Of a DNA stretch of 64,000 bases, positions 62,208-64,000 are shown in pieces. Location of the stretch: contig JAGIQG010000003.1 of assembly GCA_024679065.1 (NCBI GenBank), positions 102,486,001-102,550,000 on the forward strand. The letters are read 5' to 3'. The DNA comes from Sphyrna mokarran. Taxonomy: Eukaryota. The position numbers and the translations under genes are program-made. The notes under the pieces were generated by a model. That model made no database searches. It was given only the letters and a program-made list of their open reading frames with translations, and had not been told where the DNA came from. Positions within the stretch are counted from its first letter, which is position 1. Each line of letters begins with the position of its first letter.

Positions 62208-63234
62208 TCTCAATTTTGATCTGGGAACAGTTTGTTTCCCAGAACTTTGGGCAAAATAGTGAAGTACCAGAGAGAAGCCACCTGAAAATTAAGTGTGGAT
62301 CGATATTAGCATTACAGCCACTTTTTGGCCCTTTGAGTTTATTTCCACAGGTCCATGAACTGGCCCTTATTTTTGAGCCACCAATGCTAAATTCATAATC
62401 CATTTTCACATTTTCCAACTTTTGTTTCTGTTTACATCCCAGCCTATGCTTGTGAAAGTCTGGGGATAACATGATGCAAGTCAGCACAAACAAGTCCAAT
62501 TTTATTTTTGCTTTTTTATTACATTAATGTCAATCCTTTTTATTGACAACTGCAGTTGTTGATCATAATATTTCTCAGTGTGAAGAAATCTTTTCAATGA
62601 TATGTACCTCAAGCAGCAAAGCAAATTTATTTCAATTGATTTGCTGAAATGCACATCAGTTTTGTTTTTGTACCATGTGATCAAAAGAAAGTCAGCCCAT
62701 CTTTACTTTTGGTTAAATTAGTTCTGATTATAATTACGTTAAAGTATATTTGCATCATCTTGGTATAATATACAGTATGTATTGGTTTGTAATGCAGAAT
62801 GATGAGGAGTAACACTTATATAGTGACTTACAGATGACCTTGTCAGGCTAGTCCTGGTGTATGGCATTAGCACCTAGGTAGTGTTTGCCTGTTGGTTGCA
62901 GCAATGTTGATGTCCACTGGATCTATTTGATTGCATCACTGGAATTGTGTTATAATCCATAATCAAATGCCTCATTTGTGTGTTGTCTAGACTAAGTATG
63001 TTGTTGGTAAGCCAATCAACCATTGATAGACCTTTTTTACAAATACAATAATCAATGGAAACTTGACAATAAAAACAACTGCTAATAAAGCAGCAGTAAA
63101 CATCAGACTATTAAATCAAACCTAGCATCCTCGACATTTGACATAGTCCTTGTCACAAGTAATACAATCCTTTAAAAAAATATCTGGATGAGCACCTGGC
63201 ATGTCACAACATTTGAGGCTGTCAGCCAAACCCT

Positions 63235-63328
63235 GGTATATGGGATTAGGTGAGGGGTCAGGTTTTTCTCATGTGTCAGTGCAGACTGAATGGGCCAAGT
63301 GGTCTCTTCTGTACTGTATGATTCTATA
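63235..63328 (+). mobile_element. HE1/CR1-type 3' tail fragment
   Basis: GTCAGTGCAGACTGAATGGGCCAAGTGGTCTCTTCTGTACTGTATGATTCTAT. Confidence 0.75.
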
Positions 63329-63639
63329 ATTGCATTGTTTTATGGTTCCTGCAATCCTCAACATGCAAGCTAAGAGCTTTTATTTATAATTAACCAGAAA
63401 CCAGTTAACTAAAATTAAATCCTTTGGTTAACCATTTGAATCAAAGCACCAGTAAGGGAATGCTTTCCCTTAAAAAAATTTATGTGCTATCAACTGTCAA
63501 AAGCTGGCTGAAATATTTACTGTTTGAACAGTATGACCCCAATGAAGACAGAACTCGATCACAAGAGCATGAGTTTTGTCAAATAGTCTGCACATTTATT
63601 AATATTTTCAGAATCTTACTGAACTAATGAAAATAAGCA

Positions 63640-63990
63640 CGCAAAACAATGGAAGAGGTCCGTCCAAAGAAGGAAAGGAATGTGTGAGAGATGTTAACAC
63701 GTGGATGGAAACTTTGATTATCTGATGTGTTACACAATAATGTCTGGTGCAATGAGATTGCCAACTTGGCTGAAGGATTTGAATCTGCTAAAACAGCTGT
63801 CACAGCTGTAATCAATTCCCCAGGCACCGACACCTGCAGCTTTAGCAGCTGAGGACTCATAACAATGAATTATCACTCTCACAAGACACTTTCAGAATGA
63901 AAAATATCTATTCATGAAGTGTTCAGTCTCAGAAAGAGTCCAAATTGCAACGTGACATTCTCATTAATCTTTCTTCCCCCCCCAATTTAA
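63640..63990. promoter_or_regulatory. Candidate conserved non-coding element (developmental enhancer)
   Basis: Repeat-free; clustered E-boxes (CAGCTG x3, CACCTG), TALE site CTGTCA, TAATCA/TGATTA, ACAAT and CTTTGAT; conservation not tested. Confidence 0.4.
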
Positions 63991-64000
63991 AATTTAACCA

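Noticed and set aside
63624-63860. 78-aa minus-strand ORF
   Set aside because: No recognisable protein similarity or splice context; better explained as a regulatory element

Overview
AT-rich vertebrate non-coding DNA, almost certainly from a shark (elasmobranch). The inference rests on HE1/V-SINE-type SINEs, CR1/HER1 tails and SacSINE1-like DeuSINE relics. I found no host protein-coding exon, tRNA, rRNA or CRISPR array. The listed ORFs are decayed transposon fragments, SINE read-throughs or low-complexity artefacts. The window is a layered transposon record: about 17 V-SINE copies with two alternative 3' tails, CR1, Rex1/Babar, RTE and Tx1-like LINE relics, Harbinger transposase relics and MITEs. 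It also holds two co-oriented decayed Ty3/Gypsy elements (one with both LTRs, 49204-54452) and several Penelope-like insertions with degenerate minimal hammerhead ribozymes, fold-back ends and target-site duplications. Between the repeats lie repeat-free islands rich in homeobox, E-box and TCF motifs that look like conserved non-coding enhancers of a gene desert or giant intron, the best at ~63640-63990. I cannot support a wholly new biological system from sequence alone. The most interesting items are the hammerhead/fold-back Penelope remnants, a locally templated ~110-bp insertion inside a SINE, SINE tail swapping, and the candidate enhancer cluster. Family names come from recalled consensus similarity, not from a database search, and boundaries are approximate.
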